From the NCBI GenBank assembly GCA_012026655.1, contig JAAILG010000308.1, positions 1 through 64,000 of the forward strand: a stretch of 64,000 nucleotides of DNA, read 5' to 3'. Source of the stretch: Hydrolagus affinis (lineage: Eukaryota). A program made the translations under genes and the position numbers. The notes beneath the pieces are model-generated. The model saw only the letters and a list, made by a program, of their open reading frames with translations, did no database searches and was not told the origin of the DNA. This document shows positions 11,071 through 24,251 of this stretch, piece by piece; within the stretch, counting starts at the first letter, position 1, and every line of letters starts with the position of its first letter.

Positions 11071-11920
11071 CATATGTGAAAATAAAATGAGGCTTAGATA
11101 TGGTGGTCATATAGCTTACATGCTCACTGTTTACAAAATGGCTATTTGGCCACGAAATCACAAAGCTACCAGAATATGTGATACTGTTCTCTAGGAGAGA
11201 TAACTAACTTCAGGTTAATAGGGGAGACACATTGAGAGGTGGGGAAAGTTCATCATACCAATTTTGCAGCAGAAGATCAAAGGTGCAGCAGGAAATCAAT
11301 GATGAAATTCAATTTTGCATTGTTCAACTGCCCATTAGCTTGATCTTTGCTCTCATTCTATGATGCCATCTCAAACCCACAGTTGACATTTCCCACTATT
11401 TGTCCTTCAATATCATTGTTTATTCTGCTTGAGTTTGGAGGAAATGCTTATAATGTGAAGCAGGAGAATTGTACGAGATGGGTTTATAAACGGGGTGTTG
11501 ATTTTTACTACCAACCAATGCATGATCTGAATTGGTGCAACGGCGATGGGAAAGCATGTTCAGCTGAAATTGTATCCTGTTGTGAGCTAAATTCTGTATT
11601 TTTCTGAACTACAATACAAGCTATTAAGTCTTTTTTCCTGCCAAGTTTGACTGTTGCTGTTTTTTCTAGGACCTGAAGTACACACACAATGGTGTACATG
11701 ACAGAAACGCCTGCTGTTTCTTCACAGTCTCATTTTGTAACCTTTTTATCGAAATGCTCCTGGTTGCAGCCACAAATGCAGCTCGTTTAGCATGAATTTG
11801 ATTTTCTTGTATTGTGTCCTCTTTCTTTGTCCACAGATCTGCAATATGAAGTGTAAATGATGCCTGTTTTATTCATTCTTTACACTTATATAGCATGTCT
11901 TTCTCTCTTTTTTTCCTTAG

Positions 11921-11977
11921 TATACAGCAAGTATATGGAGCACAACATCCTCCAATTGATCCTCGGCTACACAAAAA
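11921..11977 (+). CDS. TBC1D22B: TBC1D22B coding exon 2 (SIQQVYGAQHPPIDPRLHK), 57 nt
   Basis: Pyrimidine tract + TAG acceptor; donor AA|GTAGGT; conserved VYGAQHPP; phase 2/2. Not in the ORF track. Confidence 0.95.
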
Positions 11978-12413
11978 GTAGGTTCACAGCACAATTTAAT
12001 GTTTTCTTGTTTGGGTGAGATGCTATTCTCAATCTTAATGACCTTCATTCTTTTACTACTACCACTTGAGGGACTAATTTTCAATAATTAGGGTGTCTGA
12101 TTTTTGGTGGAGATACTGTTCTCTAATAAGTAGAATGTAATTAATTTGGGGTTCAATTCAATTTCAATAGAATGGTCCGGACTTGCTCTTTACTTATTTG
12201 GTGCTGGATAGTTTGTAACTGTCTTGGGTATGATACCAAATGTCACTGGTTCATGATAAGCATAAAGTACAAGAATGTTTCCAGGACAAGGTCCAGTTTA
12301 CTACAAGAACATTATAGTTTGAATATTGCACGTAAGCATTTAATACACTTGTGTTCATACACAGTATAAATGTATTTAAGCATCTGTGGCTTTCACTATA
12401 ATAGAGAAGTGTG

Positions 12414-13085
12414 AACAACAACAACAAAATTACATCTGTAGAATGCCTTTCATGTCGGGAGTATGTCCCAAGGCACTGAACAGTCAGCGGTTAGGACCCG
12501 TGGGGGGAGTGGGGGGGGGTCAAGGTTGGGATGATGGAGGGCAGAGAGGTAGGAGGGTGACAGAAGGCAGGGTCAAAGAGGAGGGTCTTGAGACCGGTCT
12601 TGAAGGAGGCAAGGGTGGGAGCAAAGTGAAGGGATTGTGGGCTGAAGTTCCAAAGTTTATGGGCAGAGACACTGAAAGCCTGGTCGCTGATGGTAGGGCG
12701 GGTCAGGCAGGAGGCATAGAGAGACCAGAGCCTGCTGAATGGAGGGAGCAGACGGGGTCAGCAGGTCAGAGAGATCGGATGGGCAAGGCCTTGAAAGTGA
12801 GGACAAGGATCTTGAAGGAGGCAAGGGAGGGAGCAAGCCAAAGGGATTTGGGGATGGAAGTTGAAGAGGCAGAGGCTAAAAGCTTATCTGCCGATGGTAG
12901 AGTGAATCAGGATACATGGAGTAGCCTAGAGCCTGCTGAATGCAATGAGTGGAGTGGTCGACACCGCGCAGAGAATTGGAGCTGGTAAGGCTGTGAAGGG
13001 CCTTGAAAGTGAGGATGAGAACTTTAAATTCTATCCTTTGAGGGATGTGGAGCCAGTGGAGCGGGCAAGGGTGTTGGTGATGGTA
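12414..13085 (-). mobile_element. L2-clade LINE 3' fragment(s), partly duplicated
   Basis: (CAA)n tail on the + strand; minus-strand peptide LHWLHIPQRIEFKVLILTFKALH is typical of the L2 ORF2 C-terminus. Confidence 0.88.
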
Positions 13086-14134
13086 TTTCATTGTATTTAT
13101 CAGCTCTTAACACTGTTTCCCAATTCCCCATTACCTCTGCACATATCGGCTGCATTGAATCATAGAAAATGGCGTCCTGACCTGCCTACCATGCAAGAAA
13201 CTTAGTCTTGAACCATCACCGCCTGTGCACTTGACACCAGCTGCAGTGCCAAACTACTGCAAGCGCATTCACCAACTGTAGTATACACACTCACTGGCTG
13301 CACTGAATTATACATGCGGAGGGTAGATTATTGATTAAATCGGATTTTATGCGACTTGTACAAATTGGCCTGCGTCTTGGATTTTGTGTAATTCATATTA
13401 AATGTTAGAATCTCGACTGATATAAGTTGTGTAAGTTACTGTACTCTTGAGATAAGTTTGCTGATGCTTTCATGTTTAATCTCTTCTAACAAATTAAGAA
13501 AGAATAGTAACCTCTTTACATATATATAATTAAATATAACAACAAGTTATATGTATATAGCGCCTTTCATGCATTGCAGAATCTCGGTGCAAATATGGTT
13601 ACACTATGGTATTGATAACTTTTGATCGGTCTTGCTAATTTATGATCATGACCCTAAAAAAAATGTCAATCCATATTTACAGCAGCATCTTGTGAAACTT
13701 TCACTGCTATCCTAAAAGTGTTGCTCATGGACTAGATTTGGAAATGTTTATTGTGTTTATCGTACCGACAAGTGCTTTCTGTGTAAAGATCTTCAGACAT
13801 TTATGTAACCATTGCAGCACTTTACTATCTATATCAGAAAATACATGATACCATTTTTATTTATCTTGCATGGGTCATTTTGGAGATATTTTTAGTCTAA
13901 CTTGGTTCTTCCTCTAATATATTTCCATTCCCTATGACAAATCAAATTTATTTGGTGCATGGTGAATTACTTACCAAGTTTGAAAATAATACTTGATGTA
14001 CACTTGTGAAATAGCATTTCAGTGGACAATATAGTAGTATTCCCAAAGTCATTTGCAAACAGTAGCAGACACCAGGGTCTATGTCGCAATTTTGATGAGT
14101 TAAGGCCTTGATTAGTTTATTTTATTAATCTAAA

Positions 14135-14420
14135 GAGAGAGGTTCTGGGTTCAATTCCCAGGCGCGCCAGGGCGAAACCTTAGTCAAATTTCCTTACTCC
14201 ACACACACAGTAAGTATGAACCGGCTGATTGGCAGATCACTTTTCTGTGGAGTAATAATGTCTTCCAAAAAATAATAATTTGGTCTCTCACTTAACCCAT
14301 GACTGTTTGTGGGGCACTGCTGTGTACAATTGGCTCCCGGGTTTCGCTCACAAAATATACAGTCGCTAAACTTTACAGTATATTTTGTGAAGCGCTTTGA
14401 GATGCCTCGAAGACGTGGTT
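14135..14420 (+). mobile_element. tRNA-derived SINE, variant subfamily, 5' end eroded
   Basis: GGGTTCAATTCCC B-box, AGGGCGAAACCTT..TTTCCTTACTCCACAC, Deu-like body and tail. Confidence 0.85.
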
Positions 14421-15439
14421 ATAATTTTTTTCCACTGTGTATGTGAGTTACTGTAAGGATATCTGGCAGTGCTGAAAGAAGTACCCTAATCTCACTACCA
14501 TCAATTGCTTTGCCATATTTGGATGCACCTCAACACTGTGATTATCTGCACTGTTTGTTCCCAATTACATTTATCAGATTAGCCATAAAATGTTTTTTAA
14601 CTTTTATAACTAACAATATATTGGAGTTTATTGGAGTTTCATGAGTTTATTGCGAAAATATCTAATTAATAACCCACTGCAATATAAACACAGACTGATG
14701 TAACAATACCCTTGTCACAATCAGTATTTTTGTTACAGTTGTATTAATGTAATTTATTTCAATCAGTTTAGTACAATCAGTTTAGTTTAGTAAATATATT
14801 GTATAAACACTGCAACAAATTTAACTGTTTGAATGGAAAATACAGCTTCTACCATTGGAAAATATTTTACAAGGTAAGGCTGGTTAAGCGGTCATCTGTA
14901 GGTCTGAGCCGTTCATAGTGAACTCTTACTGTGCAAATTCTAGAGTTTGTATAATAGGGGCTAAGACCTGAGGATAAATTTGTGCATTTAACTGCAGTGT
15001 CAATTAGCAATTTTTTAATCTTCTTTAAGCCAATGAGTCTTGTTGGTTTGGATTGGCAGTCAGGTATCTCATCCAGATGGTGATTCTGCATGTGTGGGCC
15101 TTGACAGTGAGCATCAGCAGGCAATTTGACTGCAAGTATATTGCAACCCAGCAATTCTGCTCCTGCCAGATGTTCATACATGTACACAGAGAGAATATCT
15201 CAATAGTGGGCATGCTGACGATTATTTTGAGTCTAATTCAGGGGTTCTGAAGCCACTTACTGTATAGTGTCACTGTTGCAGCCTTAGCTAATGTCATGTA
15301 ACCCAGCATGGAACATCATTTTCAACACAGAACATTCTACTTTGGAGTCACGCCAGTGTCCCAATAGTCATTTCTACTATGAAACAGTATGCAGACATTC
15401 TGAGATTCAGAAAGATTTACAAAAATGTACAGCATGGAA

Positions 15440-15830
15440 AACAAGCCACTTGGCCCAACCAGTCATTGGCACACTGTTTTTATATTCTACACGAGTCTTC
15501 ATCCACCTCCCATACTTTTCTATTCCCCACTCCCTCATTCGAAGGTCTAGCTTCCTCTTAAATTTGTCTATGCTGTCTGAATTGAACCACTGCGTTGGGC
15601 TGTGAGTTCCACAATCTTACTATGCTCTGGAAAGTCGTTCCTCCTAAATTGTTGTTTAGATCCGCTAGTTGATATCTTGTCCCCTGGTTACTCCCTGAAC
15701 AGTGGGAACATTGTATTTACGCTAACCTTATCAAACATTTTTATTAGGTTCCCTCTTTAGAGAGAAAAAAGACCTAACCTATCCAGTCTATCCTGACAGC
15801 AGTAACCTGCTAGCCCTGGTATTTGGTATA
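15440..15830 (-). mobile_element. Decayed CR1-like LINE 3' fragment
   Basis: GAGTTCCACAATCTTACTATGCTCTGG..GTCCCCTGGT..CCTATCCAGTCTATCCT pattern of antisense CR1. Confidence 0.6.
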
Positions 15831-17312
15831 CCTACATTCATTCCATATAAACTGCATTTGACTTGTTCACATTGCTTGACTGATTTTATGGTAGGTCTGT
15901 CTGTTGTCATTATTTAAGACTTTAATTTTACAGTAACGAGCAAGGTCAATTTTATCAGAATAATGTTATCAATTTGGTGTTCAGATAATAGATCATGAGA
16001 GTAAATACACCCATCAAATAGTTTTTTTCTTTACTGCTCAACTAATTGTTTTGAATGGATTGTCAAAATAAAAATACTAAATCTTTTAATATTATGGGTT
16101 GAATTTTGTGCAGAACAGAAGTGAAACATTTTACATTGTTTATTATACTTTACAGGCAATTCTACCATAAATCTTTAACACAATTTTGCTCTACAAAACA
16201 TCTTAAGAGTGTCTACCCAAATGGTTTCACATCTTGAATTTCTTCATAAAATTAGAGCGTTTTTGCTCTTTTATGCAATTCTGTTTCAATTTCTGTCAAA
16301 CACTGAATGCTGAGATTAATTACCCAGTGACACTAAAGACAGCAAGTCTCGGAGTTTACTTGAACGTTGACAGAATTACTGAATCTAGAAATTTACTTTC
16401 CTGTGATAAAACTTTTGCTACTGTCCAATTCACATATGCAGTACATTCAACAACAACAAAATTACACTTTTGTAATTATAGTGCCTTTCAGATGAGGACA
16501 TCCCAATTCAGGCAACAATTGGCATTTTTAGCCACTGTATATAATTTTACACTGTATATGAGGGGCACAAAACTGAACTTGTGAACTTTTGTCCAGGAAA
16601 CTCAATGTGCGGACACATCTGAAGCAAAAGGAATGTGTCCTTACCTTAGGTATGAGATAAATCACTGTTGAGAAGTCACGTAATCCACATTATGGAGCTT
16701 CTATGCTATTGTAGCTGTAGAAAATGCAGTAATATGGTATGCTTGCGGCATAAAAGCATTTTCAGCAAAATTGATTATCTGTATTGTTGACGCAAATTTA
16801 TTTTGTTCTCGAATCCTAGCAGTATGTTTCAAGTGCAAAGATACTAATGGCATACATATGCTGTACTTTTCTTTAAGGCTAGATGGTGCCTATTTTATAA
16901 CCATTTGAGTTGTTGTTATTAATATTGTGCAGTGTAGTTGATGATTTTTAACATGACTTTGTCCATTTTCATGGATGACTAATGAACAATATTTTTAGTA
17001 AAATTCTCCTTCTAAATTAAATTTTTCTAAAGCCTCCTGTTTTTCTATGAAAAACCTTTGTACATATAGACCAATTGAATCATCCTTTATTTTTTTTTAA
17101 AAAAAGGTGCCTTGAAGTTTTTTGTAGCAATTAAAATTTTATGAATAGCTCGCTAAGTAGGAATAAAGTACTTTGCAATTTAAAAAAAATCTGCTGTCTT
17201 TTAAATTTCAAGAGGAAATTAACCCACATAATTTTTACAAGGTGTTTTGGTTAAGTGGTCAGAGGAAAAGTATGATGCTGAATAATATTACTTGTTTCCC
17301 TTTCTTTTGCAG

Positions 17313-17626
17313 CTTAATTAAAGAAGGTTCTAAAATGTATGCTCAATCAAAGTCAAAGAGAGCCTCAAGCTTCCATGAGTTTGCGAAAAGCACCAATGAT
17401 GCTTGGGATATTGGGGATGACGAGGAAGAGGAGTTTATGTCCTTTGCTTCCCAAAGCCTTAACTCCAAGGTTGCGATGGCGACAGCTGCTCAGGTTATCC
17501 AGAACCATAGTAAATTGAAGGAACATCACGGAGAAAAAACACAGCAATCACAGTCAACTGACGAGAATAAAATTAATGGCAAGGTGATCAAATCAAACAG
17601 TGAAGCGCAATTGTCAATGTCTACAG
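17313..17626 (+). CDS. TBC1D22B: TBC1D22B coding exon 3 (NLIKEGSK..ASSFHEFAKSTNDAWDIGDDEEEE..NSKVAMATAAQVIQNHSKL..KVIKSNSEAQLSMST), 314 nt
   Basis: TTTCTTTTGCAG acceptor; CAG|GTAAGG donor; phase 2/1; close match to the remembered vertebrate TBC1D22B sequence. Confidence 0.96.
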
Positions 17627-18329
17627 GTAAGGGTTTCTTTCTGCTTTTATTTGGGTAATCGTGAGATAACTATGTCCCATGTGATACCTTGTTCGTTACA
17701 GTGGGAACAGCTTTGATGGGTGGTGCATGTTCACACTGCCATGCACCTCGAGAGATGCCAAAGAAGAGCTACGATGAATCGGTTTAAATTTTTTTTAAAA
17801 AGAGTCCCTTACTAGGCAACTAGGATGATTTTTTGCAGATGATATTTTATATTTTCAACTTATGCATTTGGTATAAGTACAACTGACACTAACCGTTGTT
17901 TGGATTTTATAAGACAAACTTGTGATTGTGGGTTACTGAGATACGAAAGTTGAATATTGGGATGCAAAAATAGCACACCTAAGTGACAAAGTGTTGCTCG
18001 GGATTGAGGTGATGGCTACAGCAGTATTGTGTGTCTTAATCTATGATTTTGGATGTAATTTATATTTTTGTGAGATGCCAAGATGAAATTGTCTCTAAGC
18101 GTGGAGTGTATTTCATTCTCCAATTGGGGAATTCTAAGAAATCGGGCTGTTTAGAATAGCTGTCTTATTGAATCTTGGAAGAGTTGCATTTTGCATTGTC
18201 TTGTGATGTTTTTATCCATTTCGATTTTATTGTATCTAATACCTTTGTATAGCTCCTGATTTGGGGAGCAAATCTCAGGTTTTATAGATGCCAAACTCAA
18301 TACTGTACTTTACAGTAGATGTAAGTGAG

Positions 18330-18447
18330 ATAATAATCCTTGCATTTGATATAGCGCCTTATCACCTCATTGACACGTCGCAAAGCACTTCACTGTAAAG
18401 TGGATTGGCTGTGTATTTTGTGGGTAAAACGCAGCAGCCAATTGCCA
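18330..18447 (-). mobile_element. SINE 3' half
   Basis: ATAATAATCCTTGCATTTGATATAGCGCC..GCAGCCAATTGC. Confidence 0.85.
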
Positions 18448-18648
18448 GTTTTAGAGCACATTTGTAATCTGCTTAATTTGAACTATAGCCAATGTTATAG
18501 GGATTCTGTAGTGCCGTGGCAGCCTTGTGAATGACATAAACAGCAGGCTGTTTTGTTACTGTGCTTAATTTCACTGCATTTACACAGAATGTTTGGCAGT
18601 GAATCACCTAATTTGAAATAAAATGGGGTAGGAAATACAGCCACAGTA

Positions 18649-18905
18649 CAATTAGTCCTTGCTTAACATCATAGTTATGTTCTTAAAAAGTGCGACTTTT
18701 AGCGAACCGACATTAAACGAACCCGTGTCATAGATGTTCAGCGTGTATATACACATACGTTACCCAAAGTAGTTTGTTTCCACCCGCTGGCGAATGACGT
18801 AATAGTTAACTTTGCGACGTTAAATTGACATATGTTCCCCAATGTATCAGCAACGTAATAACGAAACAATGTTGACCGAATCAACGTGAAGCGAGGATGA
18901 GTATT
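18649..18905. mobile_element. Decayed Tigger/pogo-like MITE
   Basis: Degenerate TIRs (AGTCCTTGCTTAAC / GTGAAGCGAGGAT); subterminal GCGACTTTTAGCGAACCGACATTAAACGAA and AACGTAATAACGAAACAATGTTGACCGAA motifs resemble Tigger4-type ends. Confidence 0.6.
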
Positions 18906-19694
18906 AGTGTTAGAAGATTCTTCTGATCTGATGTAAGCTCCATCATGCTTTGCGCTGGATCAGTAGCTATCTTTGATACAGAGACCTGATTCGCTCTATT
19001 GAGACCAGAACATGGAAGGAATGTACGAATGGAGGAATATCTCTAAACAAACATCGAGGGCTGATTCATGCAGATGTTTAGTTTGCCAGTGGTGGGGTAT
19101 TGTAGACTCGTGTAGGATTTATAATTGTATATCCTTTTGATTTTATTACAGATGGACACTGAATGAACTGCCTCCCACTCCTTCAGATTCTGACAAATCT
19201 TTATTATGACTTTACTCCTATTTCTGTCTCAGTTGAAAGTATTGGCCTTGTTTGTACTAATAAAGATTTGGCACAAAGTGGATATCATCTTTGCGTCTGA
19301 GTGTTTATTAGCCAGGGAGACTGTTGTGATGGCAATAGGAGGGACTTCAGTGTCAGGTGAATCTTTGAGAATTTGGTGTAACTACAAATAGTGAGAGATC
19401 TTCCAATCTTAAGCAGTATTTTTTGTTGTACTTAGTGAGAATAAATAAATAATGGCAAGGATTCCTGATGCCTGGACATTCCCACTGGTCCGCCAAACCG
19501 AGGGTATTCTGTAGCCTCAGGTTCAAATTTGGCCGCTAGTAATTGGGGAAAGATTAGTGGCACCTATTTGTGTGCATCCAATGTTTTTGCCAACTACAAA
19601 CCAGTGGGATTTGATATTTAAAGACCATGTAAGCTTTTCTAACTGGCATAAATTCAACTGTACCAATGTATATTTAACAGACCTTTCGTTCTTT

Positions 19695-19890
19695 ACAACA
19701 ACAACAACAAAATTGCATTTGTAGAGCGCCTTTCACGTCGGGAGGACGACCCAAAGCCCTGAACAGCAAGGGGTCGGGATCCAAGCAGAGGTGGGGAGCA
19801 GGGTTGGGATAACGGAGGGCAGAGAGGTAGCAGGGTGACTGAAGGCACGGTCGAAGAGGAGGATCTTGAGACCGGTCTTAAAGGAAGACA
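19695..19890 (-). mobile_element. L2 LINE 3' end
   Basis: (CAA)n AAATTGCATTTGTAGAGCGCCTTTCACGTCGGGAGGACG; minus-strand LSSFKTGLKILLF. Confidence 0.88.
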
Positions 19891-20464
19891 GGCCTGTCCC
19901 TTTAGCTTGAGAAAGGTGCACAGAGGTGTAAGTCACACTCCCAAAAAAAAATTCTCCTCCCTCATAATCTCCACATTCCTTCTCTAGTTAAGATATCTGC
20001 ATCTTGGCATGCCTTGATATTTAGTAAGCTTCAAAATATGCACAGCAAGTTACAGTACAAAAAAGGTCAACAGAATAGAAATGTTAATCAAGATTTTGAA
20101 ACCGGCTTTATGAAGATTGGCAAGATATCAACCATCTTCTGGATGTTATCAAATTAACTACTAACATTAAATGTCAGTAACTTCAAATCATCCATAAAGG
20201 AATAGGGTAGGAACAAACGTCTGTTGTACAGAGTGTTTGAAGTTCACCAATAGAAATTTATAACCCACTTTGAGCCAGCAGACAACCCAATAATTTTTAA
20301 AAACCATTGTTACAAATTCAATTGCTTCCTCTACTCTTGAATGAGCTCCTGATTTCTTCTTAGCCTTTCCCTTTAGGTATTTTTTTTGTAAGGTTTTCTC
20401 CCCCAGCTGGCTGCCTCCCACACGCATAAGCAGTAAAGGGTGCTTATACATGCCAAAACCATTA

Positions 20465-20660
20465 GCGGGTGCGGGAGCAGCAACCTTAGCTGGTTTTCCA
20501 ACTCCTTAACTCTGGGACTTCTGGGGACAATTTAGCCTCTGTGCAAAACTTGCTGAGGTCAGCATGCTCAGCATGGACTGATGACTACAGACTCAGATTG
20601 GATTTGAATCAGTGAACAACTGGATTGCAAGTTGCAGCTCTATCCACTGCACCACCAGGC
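20465..20660 (-). mobile_element. Old tRNA-headed SINE-like relic, family unassigned
   Basis: Minus strand reads CCTGGTGGTGCAGTGGATAGAGC..GATTCAAATCC (A- and B-box-like), then TGCTGAGCATGCTGACCTCAGC. Confidence 0.5.
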
Positions 20661-23541
20661 CTGTCCTCGCAGAACCAAGCTCAATAAATTAGCCAACCCT
20701 TAGAGAATGACTTGCTTCCCCCATCCCCCCCAAGCAAGGCTGGTAAATTCACTGGCTGGTGGAGAATTACCCTGTGGCTGTTTGCCATCCCATGTTATGA
20801 ATGTTTAGTTCAGCCTGATATCAATTCATTTCATTTGTATAATTGTCCTAACAACCTTGAGGAACAATTAACTGCATTGTATATTGAGTAGATGTAAATA
20901 AATAAGGTTATATAGTTTAGTACAGCATGTTTCTGAATTGAAACAAATGGGCTAACTTCTAATAATTATGGAAGCCCTGCTCTAGTAAATTGTCAGTACT
21001 GACAGTTTAGTCCAATAATAAGTGTACAAATTGTCTTGCCAGTTATTTAGCTTTATTACCCAAGATAACTGAGGGAAGGGGGGAAAAATAGCTACTGAGG
21101 AAAAGGACAAGAGATCAACTGTTCAGCTTTAAGCATTATTGCAGTAAAATGTTCAACTCTGCAGAGTGGAAAGATCTAACAGTAGTGTTTTGTGTACCTG
21201 TTGCCCAAAAATATACAATGAATCTCTTCACCTTGCTGGTAAAGTCAGAGGTGCTATTATACCTGTGATAATTTGATTTTTTTTCAGTAGTTTTTAAACC
21301 TACAATATTTAGAAATTGGAAAGTTCCTTATAAATAGCCTCGGTGATTAGATCATCAGCAATTTTAAAGACGCACCACCACCCTTGTGGGAAACTTGTCG
21401 ACAGACTTTTTGTTATTCTGGGTGGATGAAAATTTGCATGAAAATTGTGTCAAAAAGTTGCCCCATAGCGCTAAATAAATTCTTATTTATTTTGGATTTT
21501 CCCCGAGATGGATATGAAAAATGTATAGAAATGTGAAGGGAGAGGTAAGTGCTTTGAATCGATTTCAATCTTCCTGTTTTCAGAAGGTGAAGTCAAAACT
21601 TTAAGATGCTGCTCACACTTGAACAGATATAATTTACTGCTTTGTATTCTCTTCCACCAAGTGGTATGTCTTGATTTCAAGTGAAGTGGTTCAATTGTTC
21701 AGCTTTCCAGGAAAGATAAGATCTAAAAAAAAACTATTATCTTTATGTAAATATCAAAACTTTCTGCTGTTGAAATACATGTTCTATGTTCCACTTTCCT
21801 TGTTTTATTCTGGGTAATAAAACAAATAGAAGCAATATTCTTTCTGTTGGTGACTTATTCACTGCTGGAAGGTGACGTTTTGGAGACTGAAGCAATGAAC
21901 CAGTACTGTCCTTCCTCACGACGGCAAAAGAGCAATGAATTGTAAAGCTTTCACTGTTAACAGGATCACTAAAATATCAATCATATTTAATGCCAGACTG
22001 AAGCAATTATGGGGCCATATTCCTTGGGACAGTGGGTAATTTCAGCAAAACCAGTGAGCTAGCGTTCTGTGGAGACCTTGCAAGAAGTTTACAAATTGCT
22101 TATGGGAATTTCGTAACCACAAGAGGTTATATTTGTGCTTTCTTTAGAAACTGGGTCATTTCTATTTATCAATCTTTCACCTAAATTTCGTGGTTGGTAT
22201 CTCTGTTTATATTGATTTGGGAGAGACATTACAAATTGCTGCACAGTTGTTACGATGATTTATTCTGCTGTTTATTCTGATGTTTGGGAAATTACGCATT
22301 TCAGGATAATTTTTTCCAGGATATGAGGTTAGATGAAACATTTCCCTATAAAAAAAATACTATGAGATGCTTTCTTTGAATGCATCCGTATGTGAATCTA
22401 ACTACTGCAATTTAGCTTTTGATTATTTTTACATTTTAAAACACAAAAGTATACCCTTGTGGCACTTTCTCGTACCCTGAAAATACTGGCTAACAGGCTA
22501 TGCACTTTGTCTGTGCTGATATTGGGCAGTGGATAGGAAGGATTATTAGAAGGTTACATACATATACCTATCTCCACCTGGTTGCCTTTCCAGGCGTCCA
22601 GCCTGGCAGCCTTGCATGTATTGGGCTGTTGTTATGAAGCCTGAAGTGATAGAGGAGAGGTGTATCATGTCCTTGCCTGACATACTTGTGATCCTGGAGT
22701 GATCATGGATCCTACAGAATGTTTAATGGAATGACTAAAATGATTTGCTCGTACAATGGCAAAGTGAAAAGAACTATTGTCAGAATATACAACAGAGAAG
22801 TAAGGTTGCAGATGATGGATATGCGTTGCTATTTCTTGCCAAATGATCAAGTCACTTTTATTGTCCGTTGCAAAACTGAATGTACCAAATAAACTGGCAG
22901 AAGAATGTTTGAAAGCAGTATTGCACCTAGAGTAAACTGAAGCTTTCGTAGATTTGAAGTTCATGTCTAGAATCCCGGTTGTGAGAGATTTGATATCATT
23001 TGAATTCAACCCCAAAATTAATTATTCAAATCTCAGTACAGTTCATCCAAATACTGCACATGGTTAAAATATCATAGATTATATGGGAAAAAAATATATA
23101 CCAAGGTTTTATAGCAAGACAATTGTTTTAGGAAACATGAGATCCTTCTTAAACCCAGAGATAAAAAAAAATCCTGGATTAGATTGCAATCTGGAAATTT
23201 GTGCTGCTAGTTTAAGGTGTTACATTCGTAGTTTCTAATCTGTGACTGTGACCGGCAGCACAAACCGGCAGCAATGAATTTTAACTAAAAAATGATGCTT
23301 GTGAATGGTGTATGCTTTATTGGTGAGAAAGTATGGTTTATTTCACGTTTGTTATCAAGATTCACTGTGATCATTGCTCAGTGATCTCTTTATCAGCAAC
23401 TCACTGTCTGGAATCTCATTTCAAAAGTTAGCTCGCTTAAAATAAGAAGGCTTTTAATTAGCTTTACTTGTACTTTACATATCATTGTGCTTTAAAAATA
23501 TTCAGTTGTTAATTTGCTAATTAATACTAGTATTGTAATTA

Positions 23542-24251
23542 CAGTAGAAGCCCGTTTATCCATGACTCGATGAACCAGCACTTTCTTATAACCGGCCAAA
23601 AAAAAGTTCCCATTCGGTTAACCGGAACTTATCCGGAACAATAGCAGTGGAGCATTTGTAAATGCATAAATAATAACATAATAACAGAATATTGTATTGG
23701 TATTTATTGTTAAAACCACTCTCTTGCGCTTCTCACCTTTGCTGGTAGAAGCTGCGCTTGAAACCATGATGCTGCAGTTGAGGTTTATAGTTCAGCGATT
23801 ATTTTTAAAATGGAGCACGCCAAGCGGGTGAAAAAAACGGAGTGCGACTTTAAAGCCATAGTAACGGCAAGCCGATAACGCTAGCTGATAACCCACATTG
23901 TTACAGTATTTCGGGTTGCCGCTAGTAGAGTCTAGGGCTTCGGCTTGTAGCTGGTAAAGTCGCGCGATTTTAAAATCGCACTGCCGTTTTTTTCGCCCGC
24001 TTGGTTCCATTTAAAAAAGAATCGCTGAACTGTAAACCTCAATCAGTAAAGGTGAGAAGGTGCAAGAGAGTAGTTTTAAGAATAAGTACCAATATAATCT
24101 GTTATTATTTAGTCTGGTGTGTATGGTGTGTGTTAAAAGAACTTTAATGTTTTGGTAGTGGGTTTTCGGCCGCGGGCCGCCTGATAACCGGCAGGCGCTT
24201 TAACCGGCATTGGCCAAGTCCCACGGGTACCGGATAAATGGGCTTCTACTG
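23542..24251. mobile_element. Tc1/mariner-pogo (Tigger-like) MITE, 710 bp, with internal long inverted repeat
   Basis: TIRs CAGTAGAAGCCCGTTTATCC / GGATAAATGGGCTTCTACTG (19/20); TA target duplication at 23540-41 and 24252-53; subterminal AACCGG repeats. Confidence 0.92.

Noticed and set aside
12386-12988. 200-aa Gly/Glu-rich ORF, the longest in the track
   Set aside because: Antisense reading of an L2 fragment.
17173-17312. Open frame extending upstream of exon 3
   Set aside because: Intronic; family similarity starts at the acceptor at 17313.
21370-22330. Patches resembling old DNA-transposon internals (also about 42170-42290 and 51270-51400)
   Set aside because: No matching TIR pair or TSD could be established by eye.
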